DNA of 64,000 nt, taken from NCBI GenBank assembly GCA_028534125.1, contig CM052817.1, positions 34,412,001-34,476,000 on the forward strand, read 5' to 3'. Of this stretch, positions 37,700 through 50,400 are shown in pieces. Positions within the stretch are counted from its first letter, which is position 1, and each line of letters begins with the position of its first letter. This DNA is from Lama glama. Its lineage: Eukaryota. The notes under the pieces were generated by a model, which ran no database searches, was not told the origin of the DNA, and saw nothing but the letters and a program-made list of their open reading frames with translations. A program made the translations under genes and the position numbers.

Positions 37700-38185
37700 C
37701 CTGTCTGCCCAGTATCTACTTTTCATTCTTCTGATAACATCACCCATTTTCCTTCAGGAAATAGCAGCCAGCTCACCCTCAGTTTATGTGGTTTGGTTAG
37801 AGCTGCTCCACCACACTCCTATCCCAGGTTGGGCATATGTCCAGTCAGAGGTAATCTAGAAATTTTAACTGGAACCCTTAGGGAAAACAAGCTATCTTTC
37901 CATGGGGCACCTCAGAGACTAGATTGAAACCTGAGTGTTTGTTGTTATCTCTGCCACCTTGTGGAAAGAGCCAGCCTAAATGAAGCCAATGGAGAGAAAG
38001 AAGCCTGGAGAAAGCAAGAACTCCAGGCCTATTGGCATCCACTGAATGCCTGGATCCAGCTGCTTCTGAAGCTGGCTCTCCATTTCCCACCCCCTCTTAG
38101 ACTTTTCAGTTATGTGAGCTAACAAATTTGCTCTTCATGTTTAAAACCATTTGAACTGGACTTCTATTATCTCACAACCATGATT
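37700..38185 (+). mobile_element. MLT1J/K-type (MaLR) LTR within L2-like sequence
   Basis: cctggatccagctgcttctgaagc...gacttttcagttatgtgagctaacaaatt; L2-like flanks at 37530-37700 and 38200-38500. Confidence 0.7.
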
Positions 38186-38777
38186 CACACAAGGAGGATG
38201 CTTTTCTGTGCTTCATTCTGTTTCTCCTCATCATCACACCCTCTTGGTCTGATAAACAGCTTCTTACTCTTCAAGATTCAATTCAAGTACCACCTCTCTA
38301 TGAACATTTCTAGACCAGTCTTCATCTCCACTCTAGTTAGAAATGGTCCAGAGCCTCCCAATACCCTGCGCTGACTTCCAGCAGAGTGTGCTCTTATTTA
38401 CACTATCATGCTTCATTATCCAAGGGTCTGTCTCAGCCAGTATCCTTTAGGGGAGGTGTCATAGCTTGGCAGCCCCAGCACTTTCTGAATGCTTGTTGAA
38501 CGGAAAGGGCATTATCAAAACAGGGGGTTGTGGGAAGAAGGGTGACACCAAGGAGTCAAAAAGAACACGCAGCAGAAATTGTATCCAATCGCCTAGTTTA
38601 GAAGAGAAACTGAACCTAAATAAGATGGAGGCAGGGTCATATCCAGGCAAACGTGACTTTCACTCCTGATGCATGTGCTGCTCTAGCAGCAGTCCTTACT
38701 CTATTTTTGCCCCCATCACCCACCACCTGGGGTCTTTTCAAGTTTACTTTTTGTATTAAAAAGAGACAGCTTTTTAA

Positions 38778-39200
38778 TGTGGCAGAGATACCTAGCTGTC
38801 CTTCAGTATCTGTTCTCCTCTTCATCTACAGAAACAGGACCCCTGACATTTTGCTGGATACAAGGATGCCCACAACTAAAACTGCATATCCCAGTCTCTC
38901 TTGCAGTGATGTGTGATTATCTTCTGGCCAATGGAATATGAGCTGAAGTGGTACATGCAACTTCCTAAAGGGTTATTCCCCATTTTTTTCATTCCCACAA
39001 GCTGGATAAATGAGCCATTCTGGCTGTGAGGATGAGAACAACAAGATGAAAGGAGGACATGTCCCTGAAGCCACCATACCAGTCCTGTACCATGATACCA
39101 GGGCTGTTACACAAGACAGAGAACAAACTCCTAACTTACCTAAGCCACTCTGATCAGACGGTCTCTGTCTCAGCTAGCAAACTCATATTCTTACACAACT
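38778..39200 (+). mobile_element. MLT1H/I-type (MaLR) LTR
   Basis: Starts tgtggcaga; tcccagtctctcttgcag...ttctggccaatggaatatgagctgaagtg. Confidence 0.7.
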
Positions 39201-39580
39201 TCTTCCTGGTCTCTCCTGTGTTTTGTCTTTTTTTTTTTTTTTTAACTCTTTTCACTTTGAACTGAAACTATTAGAATCGGGAGTTTGCAGGAGCCAGAAG
39301 GAGCAGCCACAAGTAAAACCCGTGATAGTTCCCATCTCCCAGCCTTCCGACTGTCTTCAGGCAATCATACATGCCCTCTGCAAAAGCCCCCCATTGCTCT
39401 GCATAATCAGACTGGTTTCAAAAGTACATCTGCATAAAATACATCAATGGGACCATCGGATTTGGATACAAGGAAACCCACAAATCCCCAGCTGTTCATA
39501 GGACCATATGTTTATAGTAGTTAAAAATCAAGAACACCCCCAATATCCAACAACAGGGGAATTGTCAAGTAAATCTGAGT

Positions 39581-40055
39581 AAGGCAGTCCCTGACTTATG
39601 ATGTTTCAAATTTATGATGGTATGAAAATGATAGGCATTGAGTAGAAGTCAGACTTCAAATTTTGAATTCTGATCTTTCCTTGGGCTAGTGATGCACAGT
39701 ACGATGCCGGGCAGGGCAGTGAACGCAGCTCCCTGTCAGCCCCACGATCACGACAGGGAACAACTGATACACTCACAACCATGCTGTGCCCAGATGGCCA
39801 TTCTGATTTTCACCTTCGGTGTAGTATTCAATAAATTACATGAGACAGTCAGCACTTTACTAGAGAAGGCTTTGTGTTAGATGATTCTGCCTAACACTAG
39901 GCTAATGTAAGTGATCCGAGCACATTTAAGGTAGGCTGGGCTAAGCTATGACGCCTGGTCAGTTCGGTGTACTAAATGCATTTTCGACTTACAATATTTT
40001 CAATTTAAGATGGGTTTATGGGGACATAACCCCACTGCAAGTCAAGGAAGATCTG
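39581..40055 (-). mobile_element. MER47/Tigger5-family DNA transposon inserted in an L1ME-like fragment
   Basis: Termini aggcagtccctgacttatgatg ... cactgcaagtcaaggaagatctg-TA; internal tttgtgttagatgatt...gtaggctgggctaagctatg...aaatgcattttcgacttac. Confidence 0.85.
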
Positions 40056-40209
40056 TATATTTCCTGGGTTTAACATAACGTAGCCATTAAAGCTAACATT
40101 TACAAAGAGTATGTAACGGTACAATGAAAGGAGATAAAAGGCAGGATACAAAACTGTAAACAAGTATGATCTCAAATATGTAAAAAAGATTGAAAAGAAG
40201 ATAACAGGC

Positions 40210-40430
40210 GTGACAGAACACTACTGTGTAGTAAGCTCTTACGGCTCCCTAGGGGCTGTGCTAAGCACTTTTGTGCATTTTCTCATGTCATCCCCAGGAA
40301 CCCTATGATGTAAGTACAATCATCATTTCAATTTTTTTAATGAGAATACAGACCTGATGAGATTAAGCAACTTCCCCAAAATTTCACAGAACACAAACTC
40401 AACTGACAACGACACCAAAGGCCATGTTCA
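40210..40430 (-). mobile_element. MIR SINE
   Basis: ctgtgctaagcacttt...aaccctatgatgtaagtac...gagattaagcaacttccccaa. Confidence 0.7.
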
Positions 40431-41749
40431 CCATCTATGCCGCCAGCAAAATTTTTCACGGGGTTTTTGAATAATTTTTAAAGTATCTTTCTGTTTTTCT
40501 TTCACTTCTAAATTTTCTAAAAGTAGTATTATCCTTCTAATTAAAAACATACATACAAAATATTTTATTTTTTCAAAAAAGCAACAAGCACCCAGATGCA
40601 AAAAAAATGTTTTGCTTCTTCCTAAAGTGGAGTGTTTGAGTGGCACCGCACAGCCTCGGAGAAGAGCCAGTGTGAGTGAACTGACAACTGAGTGGGGTCA
40701 GAATTCTCAAGTTTCTTCATTCACCTTTCAGCAAAGTCCCATTGCCAGAATGATGTAAATCAACAGTACTCAACCTCTGGGTGGGTCATGACTCCACTGA
40801 GAACCTGTCGAGAGCCATGGACCGTCTTCCCAGCACAATGCGAGAAGCACATGCACGCATCCGTGCACACACACACACACACACATTTTGTGCACAATTT
40901 CAGAATACTGACAGTTGCAGCCATGCCTATGGGTGTGTCCCAGGTAAAGGGTCCCCGATGTCAGGTAACAAAAGAAGTCCCCTTTTGTCTGCTTTGTTGA
41001 AACTCTGCTCCAAGTCTTGCATCGTCGTCCACACAATAAACTATAAGTGGCAGTGCGGATTACCAAGATGCCTTACCATCTGCAGAGATGCACCCTGAGG
41101 TCTTTGTTGGTGGGAAGATGGATTTTGGCAGATAAATCTACATTCGTGACTGATTCCCTGATAAGTGCCTGGGGATGAGGCAGAGGAAAACTAACAGGTC
41201 TACGTGGATATGAACTCATGAGGAAAGTCATGAAAACACACAGGTTACTCCCTTTACAGTTAGAAAGCATCTTCACACCCTAGACCTCAGTTGACTCCCA
41301 ACAGCCCTATGAAGATAAGGTCATTACCCCTGTTTTACATGTAACCCAGGTCTCTACCCTCAACTTCATCTGTAAGAGCTGACTATATTTTGGCCAAATC
41401 CCAAGCATGATGCAAACTCAACCCCTTCACCATTCCAAAGAGAAATCCAGTTGATTTAATCGAGCATATTATAATTTTTCTAGAATTACTGAAGATTCCT
41501 GGAGCCCCTGGAAGGGTCATCCCATAGAGTACACAGCTCTACAAAATCCCAATTAGACCTCTCCTGAGTTTCTCCTCTTCTTCCACTCACCGGATTCTCC
41601 CCTTGGCAATCTTCCTTTCCCTTCTGTATACACAGAGCTTCCTTCTTTTACATGAATAACAGGCTTATTAAAGCATCTTATCAAAACAAAGCTAAAGTGT
41701 TAGATATTTGTGGGTTTTTTTTAATTTGTTTTGTTTCGTTTCCTTACCT

Positions 41750-42805
41750 TGCCACCCAGCATCCACTTCTTTTTCCTGTGCTAATAGCCCTCATTTTTCT
41801 TTGGGAAGCCATTTCTCCCTAATTCCCTGTACTTGTGGTCCCAGAAGAGCTGATACCATGACCACATGACTCAGGCCAAGACAATGAGACCCTCACATTC
41901 CTCTGGTCACAGCGACTGGTTGGGGAACAAACGAGGGACTCCTCAGATACAAGGAAGCCCTATGAGACTTTCATGGAGGCTTCTGGGAGAGGGGATTTGA
42001 TTTCAACAGATATGAAGCCAAGAGGACGTAAAATCTAGAACCGCTTCCACCGTCTTGCAGTAAGCAGAGCCGGAGACCAACACCACACAACAACCATAGC
42101 TGGACCATGGTACAGAACCAAGTCTTGATGACGTAATTCGGGCCTGATGTCAGCAATGGCTGAAGCCAACTGTAATGGGCTGAATGGTGGCCACAGAGAT
42201 ATAGCCACCTTCTCTTCCCTGGAGCATGTACATGTTACCTTATACAGCAAAAATCAACACTGCCTTATACGGCAGAAAATGTATTAGGAGTCTTGCAAAG
42301 AGGAGTTTGTCCTGGATTATCCAGGCTCTAAATGCAATCACATGCATTCCTGTAAGACGAGGGAGATTAAATGCAGGTGGAAGAAGAGGAAACACAGACA
42401 CACAGAGAAGCTGGAGTGAAGATGAAGGCAGAGATTGGAGTGACATGGCCATAATCACTCCAATTGTGGTTCTAGCTGTGGTTTCAGAGAACACTAAGGA
42501 ATTCCAGGTAGCCACCAGAGGCTAGACGAGGTCTCCCAGAGCCTCTGGAGGGGTGCAGCCCTACCTACACCTTAACGTGGGCTTCTGGCCTCCAGAACTA
42601 TCAGACAATAAATTTCTCTTATTTTAAGTCACCAAGGTTGTAGCAATTAGGAAACTTCACCAAGGTTGTAGCAATTAGAAAACTAAGACGCCAGCCCTAT
42701 CCCTGGACTGTCACTTACTAAGCCAATAACCGCCCCTTCTTTTTTCTCAGGTCATTTTAGGTTGAGCTTTTTTGTGAGTTCCAGTACTAAGACTTTTAAA
42801 TGACA
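41750..42805 (+). mobile_element. Old MLT1 (J/K/L-like) LTR split by a nested MLT1C-like LTR
   Basis: Outer element reads ...gcaatggctgaagcc|...|ccctatccctggactgtcacttactaagccaataa. Confidence 0.65.
42171..42690 (+). mobile_element. MLT1C-like (MaLR) solo LTR, nested
   Basis: tgtaatgggctgaatggtggcc...gaagatgaaggcagagattggagtga...cttctggcctccagaact...aataaatttct...aaactaagacg; 5-bp flanks ccaac/ccagc; 28-bp tandem duplication at 42629-42684. Confidence 0.85.
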
Positions 42806-43652
42806 CAGCTGGTCTATCCTTAAAAATGAATTTCCATAACGGCCATTAAGATGATAAAATTTTTCTCCATCTCATTACATACAAATGAGGAAACTTTTCA
42901 AAGAGATGAAATAAGACAAGCATCGCAAGTGTAAAATTTAAGACAAATCTGCTTCTTCTGAATCCATAAGTCATGTTTGGTAGGATGTTATCTTGTTCCT
43001 ATTTGGTGAGTATAGGAATGACGTCACACTATATAGATCCACCCTCAAACAATGATACACAACAGCATCATCACCAGGTTAGCACCTTAAACTCTTAGCT
43101 CCCCAACTGTGTATCAAAAAAGCCAAAAAATGAAGAACAGCAGACCATCTGAAGAGCTCTAGTTCATCCGTTCTGTCGGAATCTCTAAAATTCTAGGCTT
43201 AAATAAAGTCAAACTCACAGAGCATTTCTTAGTACCACATCACCTTAGGCCCTTTCACACTGTATTGTGCGCTAAGGTCACATCCTTGACTTTTCTAAAG
43301 AAATATCTATTACTCCTTCTACCACAAAAATATGATTAGGATCATTGTGTACTACCCATTTGAGTATTCCCTATGTAAATCTCATCCAAAGAATTTACTA
43401 TGTAAGTAAGGACTAGGAAAAAAATTTTTTCCTTAAAGAACAAGTATGCTCCCACCACTCTGATAACAAGCTTTATGTCACTGATGGTATTTCCCTTTTT
43501 GCTCTGGCTGCCAGAAAGCTCACAAAGTTCAAGTCATACTCCAGCATCTCTGTTAACCCTTTTAGAAAGAATGCATACTTTTTCCTGGATATATTCTTTT
43601 CCCTACATTCTTTTCCCCATCTTCTATTTAGAGTGGAATTCTAAATGAAGTA

Positions 43653-44053
43653 TAAGATGGTTAATTTTTTGTGTCAATTTGACTGGGCCATGGGTTGCCC
43701 AGATAGCTGGCTAAACATTAAACATTACTTTTGGGTGTGTTGAAGAATGTGTTTCTAGATGAGATTAACATTTGAACTGGTAGACTGTGTAAAGATCACT
43801 CTCCCCACTGTGGCTGGGCCTCAATCCAATACATTCAAAGCCTGACTAGAATAAAATATAAAAGGCTGAGTCAGAAAGAATTCTCTCTCTGCCTTACTGG
43901 CTTCAAGCTGGGACATCAGTTTGAATCCCCTGAATCTAGACCACCCAGCCTCCATAATCACATGAGCCAATTCCTTATAATAAATCTCTTGATCTCATAT
44001 ATATGTATATAGAACTCCTATTTAGTTCTGTTTCTCTGGAGAACGCTAATACA
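43653..44053 (+). mobile_element. MLT2-type (ERVL) solo LTR
   Basis: gatggttaattttttgtgtcaatttgactgggccatggg...ttctgtttctctggagaacgctaataca. Confidence 0.88.
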
Positions 44054-44324
44054 GGGTATAAAGGATAAACCACATATGATAAAACTTACCCAAAAAAATA
44101 CCTTACATGGCCCTAACATGCAGTATACAATAAAGAACGTATGCAAAATCTTACACTATAGTTACTATTTCACTCATATCCTTGAGTTCCCATGTGTGTA
44201 TATACACATTCACTTTTATATGCCATGTATTTGTGTGTTTGCGTGCATGTATCACCATATAGTTTTGAGTACACAGCAGTCTGCTGCTAGCAACATCTCT
44301 TTAAGGATGACTCCTTCCAAAAGA

Positions 44325-44510
44325 TAAGGATTAATATTTATATAGCACTTGACAGTTGAAGAAGCTTCCATCCCGTCCAACTTTATTTTAATCCTCACAT
44401 TTCCCATTTTCAAGCAAGGACAACAAAGCTCAGAAAGTTTAAGGAACTCACTCAGCCCTCACTACTGAAAAACATCAGGTCTGGAGTCTGGACCACACTC
44501 TTCTGCAGGC
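44325..44510 (-). mobile_element. MIR SINE
   Basis: tatttatatagcacttgacagtt...taatcctcaca...cccattttc...gctcagaaagtttaag. Confidence 0.65.
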
Positions 44511-45229
44511 AGAAGATCCTTGGACTGGGTGAACCTTGGAACAGAATGTAATACTCACCTTTGAAGAGAGTCCCTTGATACCACCTCAAGCATAACAACC
44601 CGCAGTTTGGTATATGTAGTTGCATAACGGCTCATAACAGAAAAAAGATCTTTGAACCTCTCATCACTCTCTGGTTCCACAGAGGAGCTCAGCAGTGAAG
44701 TCAAAGGGCCCTTACTGCACATCCCACCAGGGTTGCACTAACCTAAATGGAACTTTCCTGAGAATTAGGAAGGCTCTTGGGGACTTGAGGTGCCCTGTGT
44801 CCTGGTCTACTTCGTTGGTGAGTAAAAGCAGGGTGACCTCAGGGCCCACGTGCCCCAGCCAGAGCCTCTGCCAGTGCTAGGCAGCCTTGACTCTGAACTT
44901 CACCACCCTGAGCCCTTTCATTCTCTTCCTTCTCCCTTTGGCATTCTATCCCCTTTGTCCTCTCATTGTCTCTCCCCCATCTGCTTTAGGTGGCCCTTCT
45001 AAGGCCACAGCCAGGCATGACATCCAGTTGGCTGGCTGAGCCTTATCCTACCGTGCTCACTCTAGAATTTAGAGCTTTCTTCTGAAGGCAGTAATCCCAG
45101 CACAAACATCTTAGTCTCAGATATTGAGTCCTCCCTTGATAACACTGCCAAAATCACAAGCAAAACAAGAAATCTTCACCAGAACTCCCAAAAGCTAGTC
45201 CCTGGCCTTTACCATCAGCCTCTGTTCTT

Positions 45230-45795
45230 TTTTTTTACTTGAAGTATAGTCGACTTACAGCATTGTATTAATTTCTGGTATACAGCATAGTGACACATCT
45301 ATACATATACATGTATTTATATAAATATATATTCCTTTTCATATTCTTCTTCATTATAGGCCATCAAAAGGTATTGAACATAGTTCCCTATGTTATACAA
45401 TAGGGCCTTGATGTTTACCTATTTTATATATAGTAGTTAGTATCTGAAAACCCTGAAGTCCCAGTTTGTTGCTCCCCACCCCTTTTCCCCCTTGGTAACC
45501 ACAAATTTGTTTTCTATGTCTGCAAGTCTGTCTCTGTTTTGTAAATAAGCTCCTTTGTGCCTTTTTTTTGGATTCCACATATGAGTGATATCACATGGTA
45601 TTTTTCTTTCTCTTTCTGGCTTATTTCACTTAGTATGATGATCTCCAGGTCCATCCATGTTGCTGCAAATGGCATTATTTTATTCTTTTTATGGCTGAAT
45701 AGTATTCCATTGTATAAATATACCACAGCTTCTTTATCCAGTCATCTGATGATGGACATTTAGGTTGCTTTCATGTCTTGGCTACTGTAAATAGT
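45230..45795 (-). mobile_element. 5'-truncated L1 3' UTR plus ORF2 terminus
   Basis: Minus-strand KKNKIMPFAATWMDLEIIILSEISQKEK; poly-T at the left end; weak TSD tcagc....ttctt at 45215 and 45796. Confidence 0.92.
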
Positions 45796-46849
45796 TCAGC
45801 TACCATTCTTGATGCACTGATTGGGTCCAGCTCAGCCATGGGAACACTTATTTTCAGCTAATCAATCCAAAGATATAAAGGCACTTTCAAATGACAACCA
45901 ACATTGGGAAATAAGTCTTAATTGTTAAAATGATGTCTGCCAGGAATTACAGGCCCAGCTCATAAAGCAGGAGATTTCAGAGAGCACCTCTTATATAAAT
46001 AATAGCGTGAAACCATCTGTTCTGAAGCAAGCCATTCCAGTCATCGCTTACTGTTCAGAGTCAATTAAATAAACAGGATCAAGAAAGGAAGTAAGTAGCA
46101 GCCAACAAATAATTTTCACAGTAGAACTGAAATGAATCAGAGCATTTAATTCAACATTCCTCCTATCCAATTGTGAAAACATACACAGCCTCATGCACTT
46201 ATCGTAGCCATAATATAAAGAATAATCTTCTGTATTTATAGAAGAAGAACTCTCTCTGAAAATTTGGTGTGTACAATTAACAGCCAATGGACTCTCCCTT
46301 TGGCTGCACTATGGGGTGGGGGGCAAGAAGGTTTGTCTCCCCAGCATATATTTTCATCTTAACCATGATTGCCTTGAGTGGAAGAGAGTTTTCTACTTCT
46401 TTAGGCTTCTTCAAAACTTTTTCAGTTTTTAAATATGCACCTGTGGTATTTTCATAATCAGAAAATAAATGTGTATTGTCAAAAAGCCACAGTGCACATC
46501 CCCATATTTAAAAACAATTGGCGTACTAGGCATAAAACATAACACCTACAACAGGAAAACAAACATCAAGGGGAAAGTAAGTATGTGATCATCTTACAGC
46601 ATCTCTAAAGAAATTCTAAAATTTGAGAGCTGGATCATGGATTGGGATGCTATGAGAATTTCCAGTGTAGGACCCAGAGCCATGGGAGTGGGGAGGTTGT
46701 GTGTGGAACCCTGGACCTCACGACTGCTCCAGACATTTTCTCCAACTTGTATCGAGGGGTGCTGGGATGGAATAGATCTAGGGAAGGGACTTCCCCTGCT
46801 TAATGAGGATGTAAGAATTCCTGACAGAGGACATTTCTGCCGTATGAAG

Positions 46850-47945
46850 AAAATGAGAGTAAAAATGCAAATTAAAACAATAAAAGGTCATTTTCACCCA
46901 TTCCACTAAATTGGCAAAATGTTTAATGTTTGAAAATACCAGGTGCAGGTGAGGGTTTAGGAAATGGGTGCTGGCAGAAAGCATAAGTTAGTTACAGCCA
47001 TTTAAGAGGGCAATTTGGATGACACTATTAATTCTGTAACTGTACACACACAGCTCAACCATGTCAGGGCAGAGCTGATTATTCTAAGAGTGATGCAAAC
47101 AATATTTTTCAGTCACTCTGGTCTGTTATATCACAAAAGCACAAAAATAAAGATCACAAAAATTATCTTGTACAAAACTGACAATCTGCTCAAATGAGAG
47201 TGCCAAGTGATCGTGGAAAGAGGTCTTTAGCGGACTGCCTTTTGAAAATGGGGTTAGGTGGAGGATGGAAGCCAATCAAACATTACGTCCACATTCACAA
47301 TATTATAGTATCTGCCCCAGAGAAACACTCACGTATGAGTACAGGATTGCTCATTAGTACACTGTAGTAGAATGGAAACCATCTAAAAGTCCATCAGTGG
47401 GAGACCACACTATGCAGCAGCAAAAGAATGAGGCAATGTTTAAACTAACACAGTTTTTTACATCAATTATACTTCAATTTTTAAAAAATGAGGCAGAAAT
47501 ATACATCCAGACACAGAATACCTCCAAGATGTTACTGAATAAAATTTTTAAAAACAGGCTACAAAATGGTAAGTACAACTGATACCATTCATGTAAAAAT
47601 AAAATATATACACATTTGTGGATAAATGTGGATAAGTTAATTTTAAAATTAATTTTAGAAAAATATAATTTAAATGTATATATAGATAAATAAAATATAA
47701 AATTAGTTTTATAATTAAAAATTAAGAAAAATAATTAAATATACTTTTCTAATATGAAATTAATCTTTCTTAGTTTTAGAAAAATATATACTAAAATGAT
47801 AGTAATAGTTACATCTGGGGTAGGGAATGAGATAAAAAGGATCAAAAGAGACTAACTTGATCTGTAACATTTGATTTTTAAAACCTACAATAAAAATGCA
47901 TTCATGTGTTTCCTGTGCAATTAACATGAACAATATTTTTAAAGA
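46850..47945 (+). mobile_element. Ancient L1ME-type 3' fragment with internal insertions
   Basis: aaaatgcaaattaaaacaa...ccactaaattggcaaaa; later atagttacatctggggtaggga...ttcatgtgtttcctgtgcaatt. Confidence 0.65.
47436..47482 (+). mobile_element. ~47-bp L1 3'-terminal stub
   Basis: aaactaacaca...atcaattatacttcaattt resembles the L1 end at 32488-32530; TSD aaagaatgaggca / aaaaaatgaggca. Confidence 0.75.
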
Positions 47946-48689
47946 AAGAAGTTCTCAGGGAGACAGACAGAAACCCATGCAGGCTGTACACACCAATGAA
48001 ACTCCATGTGTTCACGGGTTTACTTCTTTGATGCTTTGATGCTTTCCCTGAGGTCTCTGGAAAAAGCCCCATTCAGCAGAGTTTTGACTCTTGCTAAGTT
48101 GTGTTTTCTTTTTTTTTTTTAATTTCCTGTGTTTATTTAGTAAAGAAAGTTTTTTACTTCAAGAAGAAAAAGATGGAGGAAGAGGAGGAGAGGGAGTGGG
48201 AGAGAGGAAGACGAGGAGGAGGGAAGATGGGGAAAACTAGAGAAAACTACACTTGCCCCCATACCCTGTGTGGGGAAGAGTCTGCCTTAGAGTCCCAGCC
48301 CTCCCGCTTAACAGCTGTGTGAACTTGAGCTAGTGTCTTCAAGACTGGATGCTCCATTTTCTCTCCTGCAAACAGGAGTGTTGGTAAGAAAGTCTAGGTA
48401 AGCTGTTCAGCTTGGGGTCTGGTGCATAGTGGGGAGTAAGGAAAACGGCCCCTGATCAGGGGTACAGGGAGCTGAAAGCCTGAGGGCAAGGTGCTGGCTG
48501 GCCCTTCTGTGTTGGAATATGATTAATTCCACCTGATGGAGACTGACCAAGTCCTCCCATCTGTTATTTGACAAAGAGAAGGGAAGGAGATTTCATCAAC
48601 AAACCTAAACCTCAGATGTGCAGAAACCCACAGACCCAAGGTTCATCAGGTCGATGGGTTATCCTTCTCACGAGACTTCCCATTTGCAG

Positions 48690-48900
48690 CACCTGATAAT
48701 TTGCACAGCACTGTCCTCTCCGTTACCTACTGTGATTCTCACTAGTTGGTTAGGTTATCGGGGCTGATACTATTCGCATTTCCAGAGGAGGAAATTGAGG
48801 CTCCGAGTAGCTGGGTGACTTGCCAGAGTCACTTAGGAGTCGAGCGGGGACTCACATTCAGTTTCACGTGGTTACAAAGCCTGTATTACTTTCACTGCAC
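48690..48900 (-). mobile_element. MIR SINE
   Basis: catttccagaggaggaaattgaggctc...gtgacttgccagagtcac. Confidence 0.65.
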
Positions 48901-49570
48901 GTCTGTACCTTACCCTCGGTCATTCAACAGTGCAAGCAACGGATGCAGGTAGAGTCAGGGCAGGGGCGTGGGCAGGAGCTAAAGGAAACCATCTCTGGAT
49001 TGTCTCCCACCACCAGTTCACCACACGTCACTATTTATCTACTTCGACATAGAAAGGACAGCAAATTTCAGCCTCCTTTGTGGGAAAATTCTCAGTTCAA
49101 CCCAGTATATAATCTAATCACCATGCTTGAATCTTCCTTATCCATTTTAAGATATCATTCATGTCAGGCTATTGTCTGCCTTTCTCTTGATAAAGTTTTC
49201 CTTCTTTCTCCAACTCTCCACTCCTTTCCCAAACACATGGCACAGGGAAATGTGTATACTCCATATTTGTTCGGGAACCTTCTGAGTCCTTGGAGGATAT
49301 TCTGAGATCATGTTCTATCCATGAATCGTTTTTTCCAAGATCCCCTTCTAGTGTCAGAAGCAGACTGTCCCTTAATCTTCAGGGGATTAAAACAGACTTT
49401 CCTTCTTCCTATGTGTGAAATGAACTGTGACCACTTGGCTTAGGTGGCTTTGTTCCTGGCCAGCAACAAAAGAGGGTATTTAAGGAGGAAAAATCATCTG
49501 GGCTGGTTTTCAAGAATCCAGTGAAAAGTTTCAAGATTTGTATGTTCTCAGATGCAGGCTCACACATCCC

Positions 49571-49675
49571 AGGAGGAGGAGGAGGGGGAGGGGGGAGGGG
49601 GGAGAAGGAGGAGGAGGGGGAGAAGGTAGAGGAGGAAGAAAGAAAAGAAAAAGCAAAACGAATAAAAAAAGAAAA
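49571..49675. repeat. Purine-rich (GGA/GGG/GAAA) low-complexity tract
   Basis: aggaggaggaggagggggaggggggagggggagaagg...; similar tracts at ~24955-25040 and ~48160-48235. Confidence 0.9.
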
Positions 49676-50199
49676 CAATCCCTTTCATACCAGGAAATGT
49701 TGACATTTTTAAAACAATGTATTTTTTTCTGCCTGAGAACTTTAAGCAACACATCCAAATCAGGACCTATAAAAGTCAGCCCAGAGTCACGTTTCCGTAG
49801 TGTCTCTTTGCTTCAATAATATGCTAAAGCAGTTATAAATCCTTTGTCTGAAAGATGGGAAGGAAAGAAATTTTTCATGCAGGCGACGTGGATAAGATAG
49901 AGAGCCAAACACCATAATGTCTTCATGAGCCCTTCGACAAGACGACTTAAGAGACTGGTTCTCACTGCCAAAGCAAAGTAAAGTAGTAACTAAAGCAGTT
50001 TGCTGCATAAATTAGATGAACTTGGCCCGATTTCATCAAAAAACTGAGAATTTGGGGAATTGAGGGGAGTAGACTTTCTTTGCCTAGGGAGTAGTCTCAC
50101 TTTTCTGCTCCATTTGTTAGCAGATCAAGTTCCTCTAAAAAGTAAAGTAAGCAGGTATGGATATAGCTTAGGAATATTTCTATCTTATTGTTCTACAAA

Positions 50200-50400
50200 A
50201 TTAACTTGGTTGACTATATGCTAGAGACTTTGCATATACCATCTTATTTCATTCTCATGACACAGCCTCAGAAAAAAAGAATGTATCAACCCCGATTTTC
50301 AGTTGAGGAAACTGATGTTCCAAGAGAGCTTCACTAAGTTATCCAAGATAACAGAACCAGAAGGTGGCAAAGAGAGGACTTGAACTTAATTCTGTATCAA
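50200..50400 (-). mobile_element. MIR SINE
   Basis: atcttatttcattctcatgaca...attttcagttgaggaaactga. Confidence 0.65.

Noticed and set aside
28430..44053. Two same-strand MLT2 LTRs as ends of one provirus
   Set aside because: They are about 15 kb apart, visibly different in sequence, and no gag/pol internal sequence is seen between them, so they are independent solo LTRs
49409..49819. Overlapping Gly/Glu/Pro-rich ORFs
   Set aside because: Artefacts of a purine-rich low-complexity tract
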